Source: Carcharhinus amblyrhynchos
Lineage: Eukaryota
Direction of reading: 5' to 3'
NCBI GenBank assembly: GCA_965287045.1
Contig: OZ336876.1
Coordinates: 50,282,001-50,346,000 of the forward strand
DNA length: 64,000 nt
This document shows, in pieces, positions 63,845 to 64,000 of the stretch. The number at the start of each line of letters is the position of its first letter. The first letter of the stretch is position 1. A program made the translations under genes and the position numbers. Under the pieces are notes generated by a model. The model was given only the letters and a program-made list of their open reading frames with translations. It was not told where the DNA came from and did not search any database.

Positions 63845-64000
63845 TGAAAACAGAAAATGCTGGAAAATCTCAGCAAATCTGACAGCATCTGTGGAGAGAG
63901 AACAGAACCAACGTTTCGAGTTTGGATGACTCTTCCTGCTCTGAGGAAGGGTCATCTAGACTCGAAACGTTGGCTCAATTCTCACTCTATAGATGTCAGA
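63845..64000. mobile_element. Family B fold-back PLE derivative, cut off by the window end
   Basis: Inner arms 63908-63937 and 63944-63973 (imperfect) around the spacer gctctg. The outer arms continue. Confidence 0.8.
63938..63976 (+). ncRNA. Minimal hammerhead ribozyme motif (family B)
   Basis: CTGAGGA at 63941-63947 plus an extra A, stem II GGGTC-ATCTA-GACTC, GAAA at 63964-63967, palindromic ACGT stem III, short stem I GCT/GGC. Confidence 0.6.

Overview
Eukaryotic, AT-rich, repeat-dense DNA with no supportable intact protein-coding gene. The repeat content (HER1/CR1-type LINEs, HE1/V-SINEs, SacSINE1/AmnSINE1-like Deu-SINEs, L2 LINEs) points to a cartilaginous fish, most likely a shark (inference). 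Most of the window reads like a long intron. There is a CpG-rich promoter-like region at ~59-63 kb, a second CpG-enriched patch at ~47 kb, and a few weak candidate minus-strand exons of an unidentified gene. The most striking signal is a set of Penelope-like element (PLE) 3' ends from two families. They carry minimal type I hammerhead ribozyme motifs and are inserted as fold-back palindromes. Examples are a near-perfect 351-bp-arm palindrome with a 13-bp TSD at 26780-27517 and a 76-bp-arm one with a 14-bp TSD at 11053-11265. In four short copies the inversion point sits on the ribozyme itself. Also present are nested insertions, probable solo LTRs, a spliced Myb/SANT-like transposon relic, a snap-back repair scar inside a young CR1, and a 100-N gap that looks spurious. 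All family assignments are from motif recall and were not checked by database search.
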